Shown one piece after another: positions 8,307 to 15,878 of a stretch of 40,794 bases of DNA. The translations under genes and the position numbers were made by a program. The notes below the pieces were generated by a model. It did not search any database. It had not been told where the DNA came from and saw nothing but the letters and a program-made list of their open reading frames with translations. Position 1 is the stretch's first letter, and every line of letters begins with the position of its first letter. Source of the stretch: a virus (taxonomy: Duplodnaviria; Caudoviricetes); the IMG/VR virus record IMGVR_UViG_3300012943_000045, positions 1-40,794 of that record, one strand, 5' to 3'.

Positions 8307-10946
8307 TTACAGGGGGAACCCGCCACCATCAACACTCATTAGCCCCATAATCTCCAACGGGTCCCGCAAAACCACATCACCCTTAGACAATCCGCCCGCC
8401 CGCTCATCATCCTCCCCATACCCGTACAGATCGATGAACGCGAGTATCGCAGAGTCTAGGTTGTCAGGAGATTTCAGCCCAGCCTTGCGCATCTCGTCCT
8501 TGGGCGTGATCTGGATGGCTCGCCTCGCATTCAACTTGAACGTTTGTGCGCTCATCTGATCCCGCAACTTGGTATCCACCGTGATATCAAGGTCAATCTC
8601 GCCCATCTGCATGGCGCGGCGGAACATGTCGTAAGACCACGAGCGTGCCTGCGCCCATGCTCCAATATCTAGTGAGCCCTTGCCCCCTTGGAATCCGTAC
8701 AGATCGTAGGGGGCGCTAGCAAACTGTGGCTGCGTCTTGAGGAGACTGTACACACCGGCACCCGGCCCCGAAGCGTCCACATTCACCTCGTCCACACCAT
8801 GCTTGAGCGCCATCGCGTGAACGTTCTCAGCCTGGACCATATAATCAGCCTCGCCATTGTACGATTCCAGGAACCGGATACGGCCACCCTCGTTCAGATA
8901 GAAACAGGTGTCGTCTTCACCCGCAAAAGCAAGGTCAACACCCAGTCTGCGGATATCATCATCCGTCGGGTCAATATCCGTGTTGCCAGCCGTGGTGATC
9001 GCTGCCTGGGTGAAGAAAGAGCTGGTGCTGTCCTTCGGGAACTCACCCTCAACCTTCGCTAGGTAGACGTTGGGGTGCGCTTCGCGCTTCATGCGGTCAG
9101 CCCAGTCCGGCTGAATCATGTACGTCTTTACGAGCTTGTCACGCTCAAGGTCGTCCGGGTAGATGATCTCGCCGGTGAAATTTGGAGTGTCGAACGCCGA
9201 GATGGTGTGGCGCTTCCACTGCGAGTACTTGTCGTCCTCGTTCGAAAAGCGCCGGTGGAACCCCGTGTTCAACTCATCCGGGTTGCCGATTGCGAGAATG
9301 GCTGTGTGCGCGTTGGTCGTAACTGCGTTTGCGCCGATCCACAAGTCCTCGGGCAGGCCCCCAGCCTCGTCCATGAGCACGAACACGAAGCCATCGTGAG
9401 TACCCTGGAACGAACTGATCAGGTTCTTGTCCGCGGGACGGCGACCCATGATAATGTCTTTAGGCATCAACCCGGGGCCACGGTCAAACCGAACGGCGGG
9501 GTCCGAGACGACACGCCCCGGCAAGAAAAAACCCCGCGCAGCAGCCTCAGAGTAGTTGTCTGTGATGTACTTGAAGGCGTTCTGGCTAATCTGTGTGAAT
9601 ACGTTTGCTGTAGCCAGCACCGAGGTGTCAAGCGGGTCGTGGACGCTCACCGCCCACGTCATCAAGTCAGCGCCTAGCCGTGTGTTATGCGTTGGGATCA
9701 TCCACTCCGAGGCCAGGTATAACGACCTCGGGGAGTCTACCTGCACGCACGCCGTAGCTACCGTGTCGATGCGCTCGACAGAAACCACCGTGCGAACCGT
9801 CTTGCGGCTCTCCTGCGCCCCCACCAGCTTGAACTGGTCACTCTTGTAGCAACTCTTCGAAAAGGGGCTACGCTGCGGGTTGAACACCATCCTGTACCGG
9901 ATGCCAAACTTTTCGGAACCCAAATAAGAATCAGCAGCCGTGATAGAGATACGCACTCCCAGCGAGCGCACCAACTCTACGGTGCCACGAGCCAGCGCCT
10001 CATTGGTGAAGTCAATGCCGCATGTCGATGATCCAGGCTTTACGAATCCATCTGTGTCCATTAGGCCACGCAGAAGCTCCCAGCGCTGCGCCACGGAGGC
10101 CCGCAAGTACGCATCTGGTATGTGTTTGTTGTTTTTTAGGTTCAGCGGACGTATGTCCTGCATAAAGTTTTGATGAGTAAAGGTGAATCGCAAATCCCCA
10201 CTCACGCCACTGGTGGGGGCATGGCGAAGCTCGTATCCCCGTTCAGCAAATTCATCGACGATGAAGCGCGCATGACTTCCAGCAGTCATTGATGCGTCAG
10301 CGGAGGCCCCATCCCCAAGCCACGCGCCCAGTATGTATGGATCAACCGGCAGGTCAGCCCCTGCGCCAACGATCGCACGGTTAATGGGTATGGCATGGTT
10401 TCGCGCATTCGACGGACGCAACGTGTCCGCAATGTCAACAGTAGTAAGTGTGGCCGACTCCTCCCAGTGGTCACGCCAGTCCAAGACGTGCCGACGGCGA
10501 CTAATGTTCCCCCGCACTTTTTGCGTCAGCGTATTCCACTGGTGCGGACCCGAGGCGACTATCTCAGCACCATCACTAAACTTCACCAGATAAGTATCGT
10601 CATACTGCACGTCAGACTTGAACGTGACGGCTGTCGGCTCGCCGGTCTCGTCCAGCAGAATGTCGCCGGGCTGAACCTCGCCCATCGTTGTCCAGCCCGT
10701 AGGCGTCGGCAGTGGAGTATCTAGACTCAGCGCCTTGCCCACGCCGTTCGCTGACTTCACAAGCGTAAAGGTCTGGCCCGTCCCGTCACCCACAACGTCA
10801 ACAGCAATCTCAGCCTGCCTGGACCACCAACGGCGACCCATAACATCGGCCATCCACGCCTCAGCGTCACGCTGGTAAATCTTCTTCCGGGACTTCTGCC
10901 GAATCTCTTCTAACGCAAGCTCAGCAATCCTGCTTAGACCGCTCAC
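8307..10946 (-). CDS. terL: Terminase large subunit containing an intein (529 aa after splicing)
   Basis: Walker A SANGVGK/T split by the intein, Walker B VLMDEAGG, AIGNP, nuclease motifs LGVDLA, VDASGPG, SPDNLDS. Confidence 0.93.
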   Translation of the reverse strand: MSGLSRIAELALEEIRQKSRKKIYQRDAEAWMADVMGRRWWSRQAEIAVDVVGDGTGQTFTLVKSANGVGKALSLDTPLPTPTGWTTMGEVQPGDILLDETGEPTAVTFKSDVQYDDTYLVKFSDGAEIVASGPHQWNTLTQKVRGNISRRRHVLDWRDHWEESATLTTVDIADTLRPSNARNHAIPINRAIVGAGADLPVDPYILGAWLGDGASADASMTAGSHARFIVDEFAERGYELRHAPTSGVSGDLRFTFTHQNFMQDIRPLNLKNNKHIPDAYLRASVAQRWELLRGLMDTDGFVKPGSSTCGIDFTNEALARGTVELVRSLGVRISITAADSYLGSEKFGIRYRMVFNPQRSPFSKSCYKSDQFKLVGAQESRKTVRTVVSVERIDTVATACVQVDSPRSLYLASEWMIPTHNTRLGADLMTWAVSVHDPLDTSVLATANVFTQISQNAFKYITDNYSEAAARGFFLPGRVVSDPAVRFDRGPGLMPKDIIMGRRPADKNLISSFQGTHDGFVFVLMDEAGGLPEDLWIGANAVTTNAHTAILAIGNPDELNTGFHRRFSNEDDKYSQWKRHTISAFDTPNFTGEIIYPDDLERDKLVKTYMIQPDWADRMKREAHPNVYLAKVEGEFPKDSTSSFFTQAAITTAGNTDIDPTDDDIRRLGVDLAFAGEDDTCFYLNEGGRIRFLESYNGEADYMVQAENVHAMALKHGVDEVNVDASGPGAGVYSLLKTQPQFASAPYDLYGFQGGKGSLDIGAWAQARSWSYDMFRRAMQMGEIDLDITVDTKLRDQMSAQTFKLNARRAIQITPKDEMRKAGLKSPDNLDSAILAFIDLYGYGEDDERAGGLSKGDVVLRDPLEIMGLMSVDGGGFPL
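9684..10733 (-). mobile_element. Class 3 intein, 350 aa, with LAGLIDADG endonuclease
   Basis: Begins ALSLDTPLPTPTGW, ends PTHN/T; W in block B (HQW), C in block F (TACVQV), T in block G; YILGAWLGDG and LLRGLMDTDG motifs. Confidence 0.92.
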
Positions 10947-11443
10947 GGGGCATCTTCAACGTAAGTGCTGGCAATCGCAGCAATATCCGCATTGAACTGC
11001 TCCACCAGTTCAGCCTGGTCAACCTCCGGGTACAGCGCCTCAAGCCTGCCAAGTTGCTTATAGTACGCCTTCTCGACAATACTCACCAACTCATGGGCAC
11101 GCCTACGGTTGACCTCCTCCACGTCAACCTGAGACGCCTTCTCCTGATCACGCAGTTCCTTGAGGATACCCGTCCACAGGCTACGCACAGCGTTAACCGC
11201 AGACCCGTACTCACGGTCGCCAAGATTGGAAAGGCGAACTTTCGCGTCCTCGGCGAGCAACCCCATCTGAATGATAAGGCGCGCACGCATCTGGTTGAGG
11301 TCAAGGTAGTCCAAAGACTTGAGAAGAGCATTCGTCTCCCGGAGAACCTCTTCCGGGGAAATGCCCAGCTCCTCGCCCAACTGCTCCGCAGTCTTGAGAC
11401 CAGCGTAGTTGATAAGAGTTCTTTGTTTAGCGCCAAGGTCCAT
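10943..11443 (-). CDS. Terminase small subunit (putative)
   Basis: N-terminal HTH (TAEQLGEELGISPEEV) and coiled-coil helices; directly upstream of terL; probable leaderless ATG 8 nt after TGGTAGAAT. Confidence 0.65.
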   Translation of the reverse strand: MDLGAKQRTLINYAGLKTAEQLGEELGISPEEVLRETNALLKSLDYLDLNQMRARLIIQMGLLAEDAKVRLSNLGDREYGSAVNAVRSLWTGILKELRDQEKASQVDVEEVNRRRAHELVSIVEKAYYKQLGRLEALYPEVDQAELVEQFNADIAAIASTYVEDAP

Positions 11444-11468
11444 AGACCCACATTCTACCAAACAATCG

Positions 11469-11546
11469 TGAAGCGCCAGGGATTCGGACCCTGCTCCGTG
11501 CCGTGCGCCTTAACGCCTTACGTCACGTCGAAACCAAGTGCGCCCC
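11469..11546 (-). ncRNA. Minimal tmRNA-like RNA (tRNA-like domain only)
   Basis: GGGGCGC-ACUUGGUUUCGA-CGUGACGU..ACGGCACG-GAG-CAGGG UCCGAAU CCCUG-GCGCUUC-A; G3.U70 pair and A73. Confidence 0.75.
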
Positions 11547-11663
11547 AGTAAAACTACGCCTGCCGGATAGAAGCCAGCCCAGCCTGCGAGCTAAACCTAC
11601 GAGTCGAGTCAGCTACCACTACGTCCATAGCCGAAGTGGTATCGCCCCCAGGAGCGCTGCGGA

Positions 11664-11912
11664 CTATCCCGCCACTGTCGTACACAGGGTGGTCGCTGGG
11701 AACTCGTTCGCTCTCCCACCCCCCCCCCCCTCAATGCGGGTTCCATTGAGAAAGGGTCGTAGCGGCGGGGCGCTCTCCGTCAACTCAACCACCTCCGGCC
11801 CTCGCGAAACATCCGCAACACTCAAATCCGGGTCCGGCGCAACCACCTGCTGAATCTTCCGCAAACTGCGCTCAATCCTCGTCAAAAGACGAACAATCTC
11901 TTTGTCACTCAC
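11664..11912 (-). CDS. Hypothetical protein containing a G12 tract
   Basis: Probable GTG start overlapping the previous gene (MSDKEIVRLL); the 3' end depends on the homopolymer length. Confidence 0.5.
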   Translation of the reverse strand: MSDKEIVRLLTRIERSLRKIQQVVAPDPDLSVADVSRGPEVVELTESAPPLRPFLNGTRIEGGGGGRANEFPATTLCTTVAG

Positions 11913-12108
11913 GTCCCGCTCCGATCTCAAAGTCGTACTGGTCAAGTGCCGCATCAAACAAACTACGGTGGTCCGGGTCCGCCGCCGTCTCCACGTAAAA
12001 CAACAGCCGCTCCCTGGGCGAGGAGACCAACCACACCCACGACTCAACGTCAGAAAGAAACGGCTGGTACGTCAACTCCAGATCAATCGCCCCGAACCGC
12101 ATATTCAT
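11905..12108 (-). CDS. Hypothetical protein
   Basis: 67 aa; TAATG coupling to the upstream ORF. Confidence 0.55.
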   Translation of the reverse strand: MNMRFGAIDLELTYQPFLSDVESWVWLVSSPRERLLFYVETAADPDHRSLFDAALDQYDFEIGAGRE

Positions 12109-12254
12109 TACCGGATCACGTTCTCTTCAAGCTCCAGCAACTCAATCTTCGCCCACAAAGATTCAGTCTGCGAATTGACGGGAGCCATCACCCCACGGAA
12201 CCCCACATAAATATCTGCAAGCAGATCATGCAGATCGCCACTCTTCAACTTCAC
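12108..12254 (-). CDS. Hypothetical protein, 48 aa (not in the ORF track)
   Basis: GTGA overlap with the peptidase stop; MKLKSGDLHDLLADIY...; fills the gap exactly. Confidence 0.55.
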   Translation of the reverse strand: MKLKSGDLHDLLADIYVGFRGVMAPVNSQTESLWAKIELLELEENVIR

Positions 12255-12784
12255 TTCATAAGCCTTTCCGCGCTATACTCGATCACTTTCGCCCCAGTAT
12301 ACACATCAAACTCCGCAGCAATCCGCACAGCGTCCTTCGGAGTTGCTCCAGCGCGCAAAGCACCCAACGCATATGACGAGCCGGAGCCGATGGCGGCAAA
12401 CCTCGCATTGCCAATTAGGGCAAAATCTGACCCCAGCGTGAACAGGCGACCATTCACGGCCAGCAGGGCCTCGTAATTTGAGCTTACTTCTCCATTATCG
12501 TTTTCCAGAGCGCCCGAGTTGGTCAACTCTTTTTGTACTGCCGGGACGAGTTCGGTTATCAGCCACCTCTCCAGTCGCACGCCCTTCAAGCCCACAGGGA
12601 TCTGTGGAAGCTCAGCGAATCTGAGAATGTCAGAGACTCGGCAAGCACCGGCAACGCCAAATACCACGGAACCGTTCGCGAAGACCTTGGTCCTACCGGC
12701 AGTGGCACGTGCTCCAGCGGTAGACTGCGTGTCGGAAGCGAATGCAACATCTCCGAAATACTCTTTTGCAATGATCGTGGTCAA
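12251..12784 (-). CDS. HslV / proteasome-beta-like Ntn peptidase
   Basis: TTG start after GGAG gives (M)TTIIA; ASDTQ, TKVF, GVAG and AIGSGSSYALGAL motifs. Confidence 0.8.
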   Translation of the reverse strand: MTTIIAKEYFGDVAFASDTQSTAGARATAGRTKVFANGSVVFGVAGACRVSDILRFAELPQIPVGLKGVRLERWLITELVPAVQKELTNSGALENDNGEVSSNYEALLAVNGRLFTLGSDFALIGNARFAAIGSGSSYALGALRAGATPKDAVRIAAEFDVYTGAKVIEYSAERLMK

Positions 12785-12990
12785 ATTTTCTCCTCCTGGG
12801 CATCCGCCCACTTCGTCAGTTGTGCAGCTAAGTAGTGGGCGTGCTCGGGCTCAAGTTTAAATGTGGAATATCCAGTTTCACTTATCTCTAAAACTCCGTC
12901 TGAAATAAGGTAGATGCCACTCTCATTCTGGCCGCTTTCCGGGATTCCCTCAAGGCTCAGAATTTCCATACGCTCACTCGCGCCGCTCAC
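12781..12990 (-). CDS. Hypothetical protein
   Basis: 69 aa; 4-bp overlaps on both sides. Confidence 0.6.
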   Translation of the reverse strand: MSGASERMEILSLEGIPESGQNESGIYLISDGVLEISETGYSTFKLEPEHAHYLAAQLTKWADAQEEKI

Positions 12991-13280
12991 GGCAGACTCG
13001 AAACGTGCGCATCAATCGTGTCCTGGACCATCTTCGCCACGTAACTAGAGTTGATCTGGGCAATTGGAATGTAGGGAATACTGAATCCACGCTTCACGCC
13101 ATCCATCTCCAGAGTCACACGAATCCCCTGTTCGGCAAAGGACAGTGATTCGCCAGCCTCCCGGAGCGCAATTAGGCCCTCCCTTGCCTCTTGAAGACCG
13201 GCTAAGACGACCCTGTTCTGCTCACATAGCCTGTCCATCAAATCAACCAAATTAGGACTGATGCCAACATTCTCACTCAT
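12987..13280 (-). CDS. Hypothetical protein
   Basis: Probable ATG (MSENVG) overlapping the previous gene's end. Confidence 0.6.
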   Translation of the reverse strand: MSENVGISPNLVDLMDRLCEQNRVVLAGLQEAREGLIALREAGESLSFAEQGIRVTLEMDGVKRGFSIPYIPIAQINSSYVAKMVQDTIDAHVSSLP

Positions 13281-13548
13281 TTCCACCACTCTCCCCAATG
13301 CGCAACAGAATCAAATAACCAATCAAATCCAACACAGTGTCCTCACCAGCATCAGACCCCCGAGCCAGACGGGACAGTTTGTCGTCGATGCGAACACGCA
13401 GTCCATCAGAAGCGCTCGCCGAAGAAAACACACGCAGCGGCTCCAAGGCGGAATTACCGTACGCCTCGTTCTTGCTGATTAGCACCTCCCGCACAGTCGC
13501 CAACTCACGATCCACGCTATCAACAAACTCAGAAACAAAAACAGCCAT
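13273..13548 (-). CDS. DUF1599 / nucleotide-modification-associated domain 1-like protein
   Basis: KNEAYGNS, RIDDKLSRL, EDTVLDLIGYLILL motifs. Confidence 0.78.
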   Translation of the reverse strand: MAVFVSEFVDSVDRELATVREVLISKNEAYGNSALEPLRVFSSASASDGLRVRIDDKLSRLARGSDAGEDTVLDLIGYLILLRIGESGGNE

Positions 13549-13703
13549 CAGGCAACATCCTCTCTACCCAGCTCAAACAAACTCACGCCGACCAGGTAAC
13601 GCTTATTATCTGGCCCCACCCACACCAGCGTAGAACCCTCCTCCGAGATGTCGGGAACATTCTCCACTAATTCATCACGCAAAAACGGGAACATATCAGC
13701 CAC
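13548..13703 (-). CDS. Hypothetical protein, 51 aa (not in the ORF track)
   Basis: GTG after GAGGA; TGATG coupling to the next gene. Confidence 0.5.
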   Translation of the reverse strand: MADMFPFLRDELVENVPDISEEGSTLVWVGPDNKRYLVGVSLFELGREDVA

Positions 13704-13705
13704 GA

Positions 13706-13846
13706 CTAATCCTCTCCCAACTGCTCAATTTCGTAATTGTCACTCAACAGATAACGCTCCGGGATATCCTCGTACCGCTCATACTCACCCACAGTGACGT
13801 AAGAACAATACTCGTCCGCCTCAATCTGAGTCACCATATAGGTCAA
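13706..13846 (-). CDS. Hypothetical acidic protein, 46 aa (not in the ORF track)
   Basis: TTGA overlap with the upstream gene; open to TAG at 13706. Confidence 0.45.
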   Translation of the reverse strand: MTYMVTQIEADEYCSYVTVGEYERYEDIPERYLLSDNYEIEQLGED

Positions 13847-14052
13847 TTCAATGGCCCCCAAATCTCATATGCCGCGTGAGAGCCACAGTACATCGCTGCT
13901 AGCGAAAAAGCTACCATGACCAAGCCTGCCAGGGCTGGGCCAGTGAACTCACCCGATTCCCGCTTCTCGAAGAGAATCCAAATCGAACCCCCTCCCCACA
14001 CGGCGGCAACCATGGAAGCCACGAAGCCCAATAGCCATAAAACTAAACTCAC
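13843..14052 (-). CDS. Small membrane protein (2 TM)
   Basis: Two hydrophobic segments; first gene after the leftward promoter. Confidence 0.6.
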   Translation of the reverse strand: MSLVLWLLGFVASMVAAVWGGGSIWILFEKRESGEFTGPALAGLVMVAFSLAAMYCGSHAAYEIWGPLN

Positions 14053-14076
14053 CTCAACACCCCTCTCGTTTCAATA

Positions 14077-14106
14077 AACCTACCAGCTCCGAATCAGGGA
14101 AAGCAA
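14077..14106 (-). promoter_or_regulatory. Leftward promoter
   Basis: TTGCTT-N18-TAGGTT with TG extension. Confidence 0.6.
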
Positions 14107-14484
14107 GTCTAGGAGCAAAAAGTTTGAAAAGAAAAAATGAGGCCACGGATCGCCCAACAACACAAGTGCATTGCAGAGAGATGCGTTACGCCATGGGCTA
14201 GAAAAAGTTCACAATAAAAAATTGGATGCGAGGGTGCCCCACGCCCATTTTCCGTGCATCTTACACCAAAATCCGAGTTCTTTCAATCCTTTTCCAAAAC
14301 TTTCCCGCAATCCCCTGCGCTCGCTCATCCACTTGCCTTCCCTTCGCTCATCTGCTATGCTTTCCGCCCTGCGCCGTACCAGTTGACCAGTCTCTTCCGT
14401 CGCCTGTCACGCGCTCCCCTCTCAGCCGTGCCATCTCGGCGCTGCCAACCAGCTCTGCCATCTACTCTTTGCCCACTTTCCCTA

Positions 14485-14522
14485 TTGACTTCCTTGCTCT
14501 CGCTTACTAGGCTGGGACCATG
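14485..14522 (+). promoter_or_regulatory. Rightward leaderless promoter
   Basis: TTGACT-N17-TAGGCT-N6-ATG. Confidence 0.75.
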
Positions 14523-14825
14523 ACAACACACACTCTTCCCCCCGTTTCTCGTACCGTTCACCGTACGCGCCTGGCGCTAGCTATCGTCGCCGGTGTTGCG
14601 CTCGGCTCTACTGTCGCTACCGTGAATCACTCGGTGATCTCAGTGCCAGCTCCCGCCACCGTCTCCACTGTCTCGCCTGCTGCCCTCGTGTCGTCCTTGT
14701 CTCCTTGTGCTACTGAGGACTCGCGCGATTGCTATTGGCTTGCCAGTGAGCACGGCAACCGCTCCGGTCGATCGTTCATTGACGTTGGGGGCGAAACTAT
14801 TTACCTCGATGGGCTTGACAAGTAA
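14520..14825 (+). CDS. Membrane-anchored or secreted small protein
   Basis: N-terminal TM/signal segment; C-terminal PCATEDSRDCYW..GN..GRSF motif recurrent in actinophage early genes. Confidence 0.7.
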   Translation: MTTHTLPPVSRTVHRTRLALAIVAGVALGSTVATVNHSVISVPAPATVSTVSPAALVSSLSPCATEDSRDCYWLASEHGNRSGRSFIDVGGETIYLDGLDK

Positions 14826-14844
14826 GAGTCACCCGTCGTAGACT
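14815..14844 (+). promoter_or_regulatory. SigA-like promoter
   Basis: TTGACA-N18-TAGACT. Confidence 0.7.
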
Positions 14845-14853
14845 TGTGGTACA

Positions 14854-15079
14854 CACCAACACAAACAAGGGGTAGAGATAATGAACGCGATCAACAGTAC
14901 GCCGCATATCAGTCACTACAGCGATGCTTGGCTGTTGCGTGAGGTTCGTTCTACTGCCAGGCTGAGTAGGGGGGATGCGGCACGGCGCGAACTCGCTCGA
15001 CGCGGCATCATCGCCCCCGCGCCCAGGATCACGACCAGCGCCCGCTAGCCACCAACACAAACAAGGGACAGGGATAATG
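14854..15079 (+). repeat. Duplicated start-associated leader
   Basis: CACCAACACAAACAAGGG..AG.GATAATG at 14854-14883 and 15050-15079. Confidence 0.9.
14881..15048 (+). CDS. Hypothetical basic protein, 55 aa (not in the ORF track)
   Basis: ATG within the first leader repeat; MNAINSTPHISHYSDAWLLREV...ARRELARRG. Confidence 0.65.
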   Translation: MNAINSTPHISHYSDAWLLREVRSTARLSRGDAARRELARRGIIAPAPRITTSAR

Positions 15080-15436
15080 ACAACCTACGCACGTAATGCA
15101 ATCTACTCGACCGACGACCTTATCGCCGTCTCGGACGCTACAGGGGGATTCTTCTTTAGCGCTAAGACTATGAAATTCTGGAAGACGCGCGTACTGAACT
15201 ATCTGCGGGCTGTTGACGGCTACACATGCGAGCCCGGCGGGCGTTACGTCTTCATCACTAGCGACGTGTTCGGCTACGATGCGGTGCGCCAATACAGTGT
15301 GCGAGTGATGACCCTCGGCACGCGGGGGGATGGCCGCGCGTTTGTCAACTTCGACACTATCGAGCACTATTCCACGCGGGGGCAGGCGATTAGCGCGGCT
15401 GATGTTTACGTGGCGAACATTCCGGTTAACGCCTAG
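15077..15436 (+). CDS. Hypothetical early protein
   Basis: ATG within the second leader repeat; FFSAKTMKFWKTRV, FITS, RQYSVR motifs. Confidence 0.75.
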   Translation: MTTYARNAIYSTDDLIAVSDATGGFFFSAKTMKFWKTRVLNYLRAVDGYTCEPGGRYVFITSDVFGYDAVRQYSVRVMTLGTRGDGRAFVNFDTIEHYSTRGQAISAADVYVANIPVNA

Positions 15437-15444
15437 GAAGCATC

Positions 15445-15648
15445 ATGTACAAGATCATCGACACCACCAATCGCTTCGCCACCATGGCGGTTCCAGACCG
15501 GAGCGACATCATCGAATTCGTACGCCCCATGTTCGAACCGGGCCGCTCCCTTGAGGTTGACAGCGCGCTGAATATGCTGGAGCTGGCAATTGCGCGGGAG
15601 CTGCCCACGGGTGAGCTTGAGGCGTTCCTGGGTATCACCATTCTGTAA
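15445..15648 (+). CDS. Hypothetical protein
   Basis: AGGAAG RBS; 67 aa. Confidence 0.7.
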   Translation: MYKIIDTTNRFATMAVPDRSDIIEFVRPMFEPGRSLEVDSALNMLELAIARELPTGELEAFLGITIL

Positions 15649-15650
15649 CA

Positions 15651-15710
15651 AGTCGAAACACGCTCTCGGGCGTGTCCTCCCGCGATAGCCGTTCGGGAGC
15701 TGATGAGACT
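15651..15710 (+). ncRNA. Type II hammerhead ribozyme
   Basis: Stem II AGUC/GACU, GAAA, stem III ACACGCU/GGCGUGU, GUC site (C15676), stem I CUCCCG/CGGGAG, CUGAUGA core. Confidence 0.93.
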
Positions 15711-15746
15711 AGGCGAAAGAAACAACGATCTTAAGGAAGCGTTAAA

Positions 15747-15878
15747 ATGTCGCAATCTTTCGAAGCTAAAGCAGTTTACGTGTCACGCAAAGTTGCGGAC
15801 CGTGAAAGAACTACGATTCTTAAAGCAGCGCGCACCGATAAGGCTGTCGCGCGTGCATCGTTCGGGGGTGCACGATGA
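15747..15878 (+). CDS. Hypothetical basic protein, 43 aa (not in the ORF track)
   Basis: AAGGAAG RBS; ATGA overlap with the next gene. Confidence 0.6.
   Translation: MSQSFEAKAVYVSRKVADRERTTILKAARTDKAVARASFGGAR

Noticed and set aside
11554-11613. Minus-strand frame ADSTRRFSSQAGLASIRQA* upstream of the mini-tmRNA as a detached SsrA tag
   Set aside because: It starts like mycobacterial tags (ADS) but lacks the LAA ending and resume context, and lies outside helix 2; probably chance.
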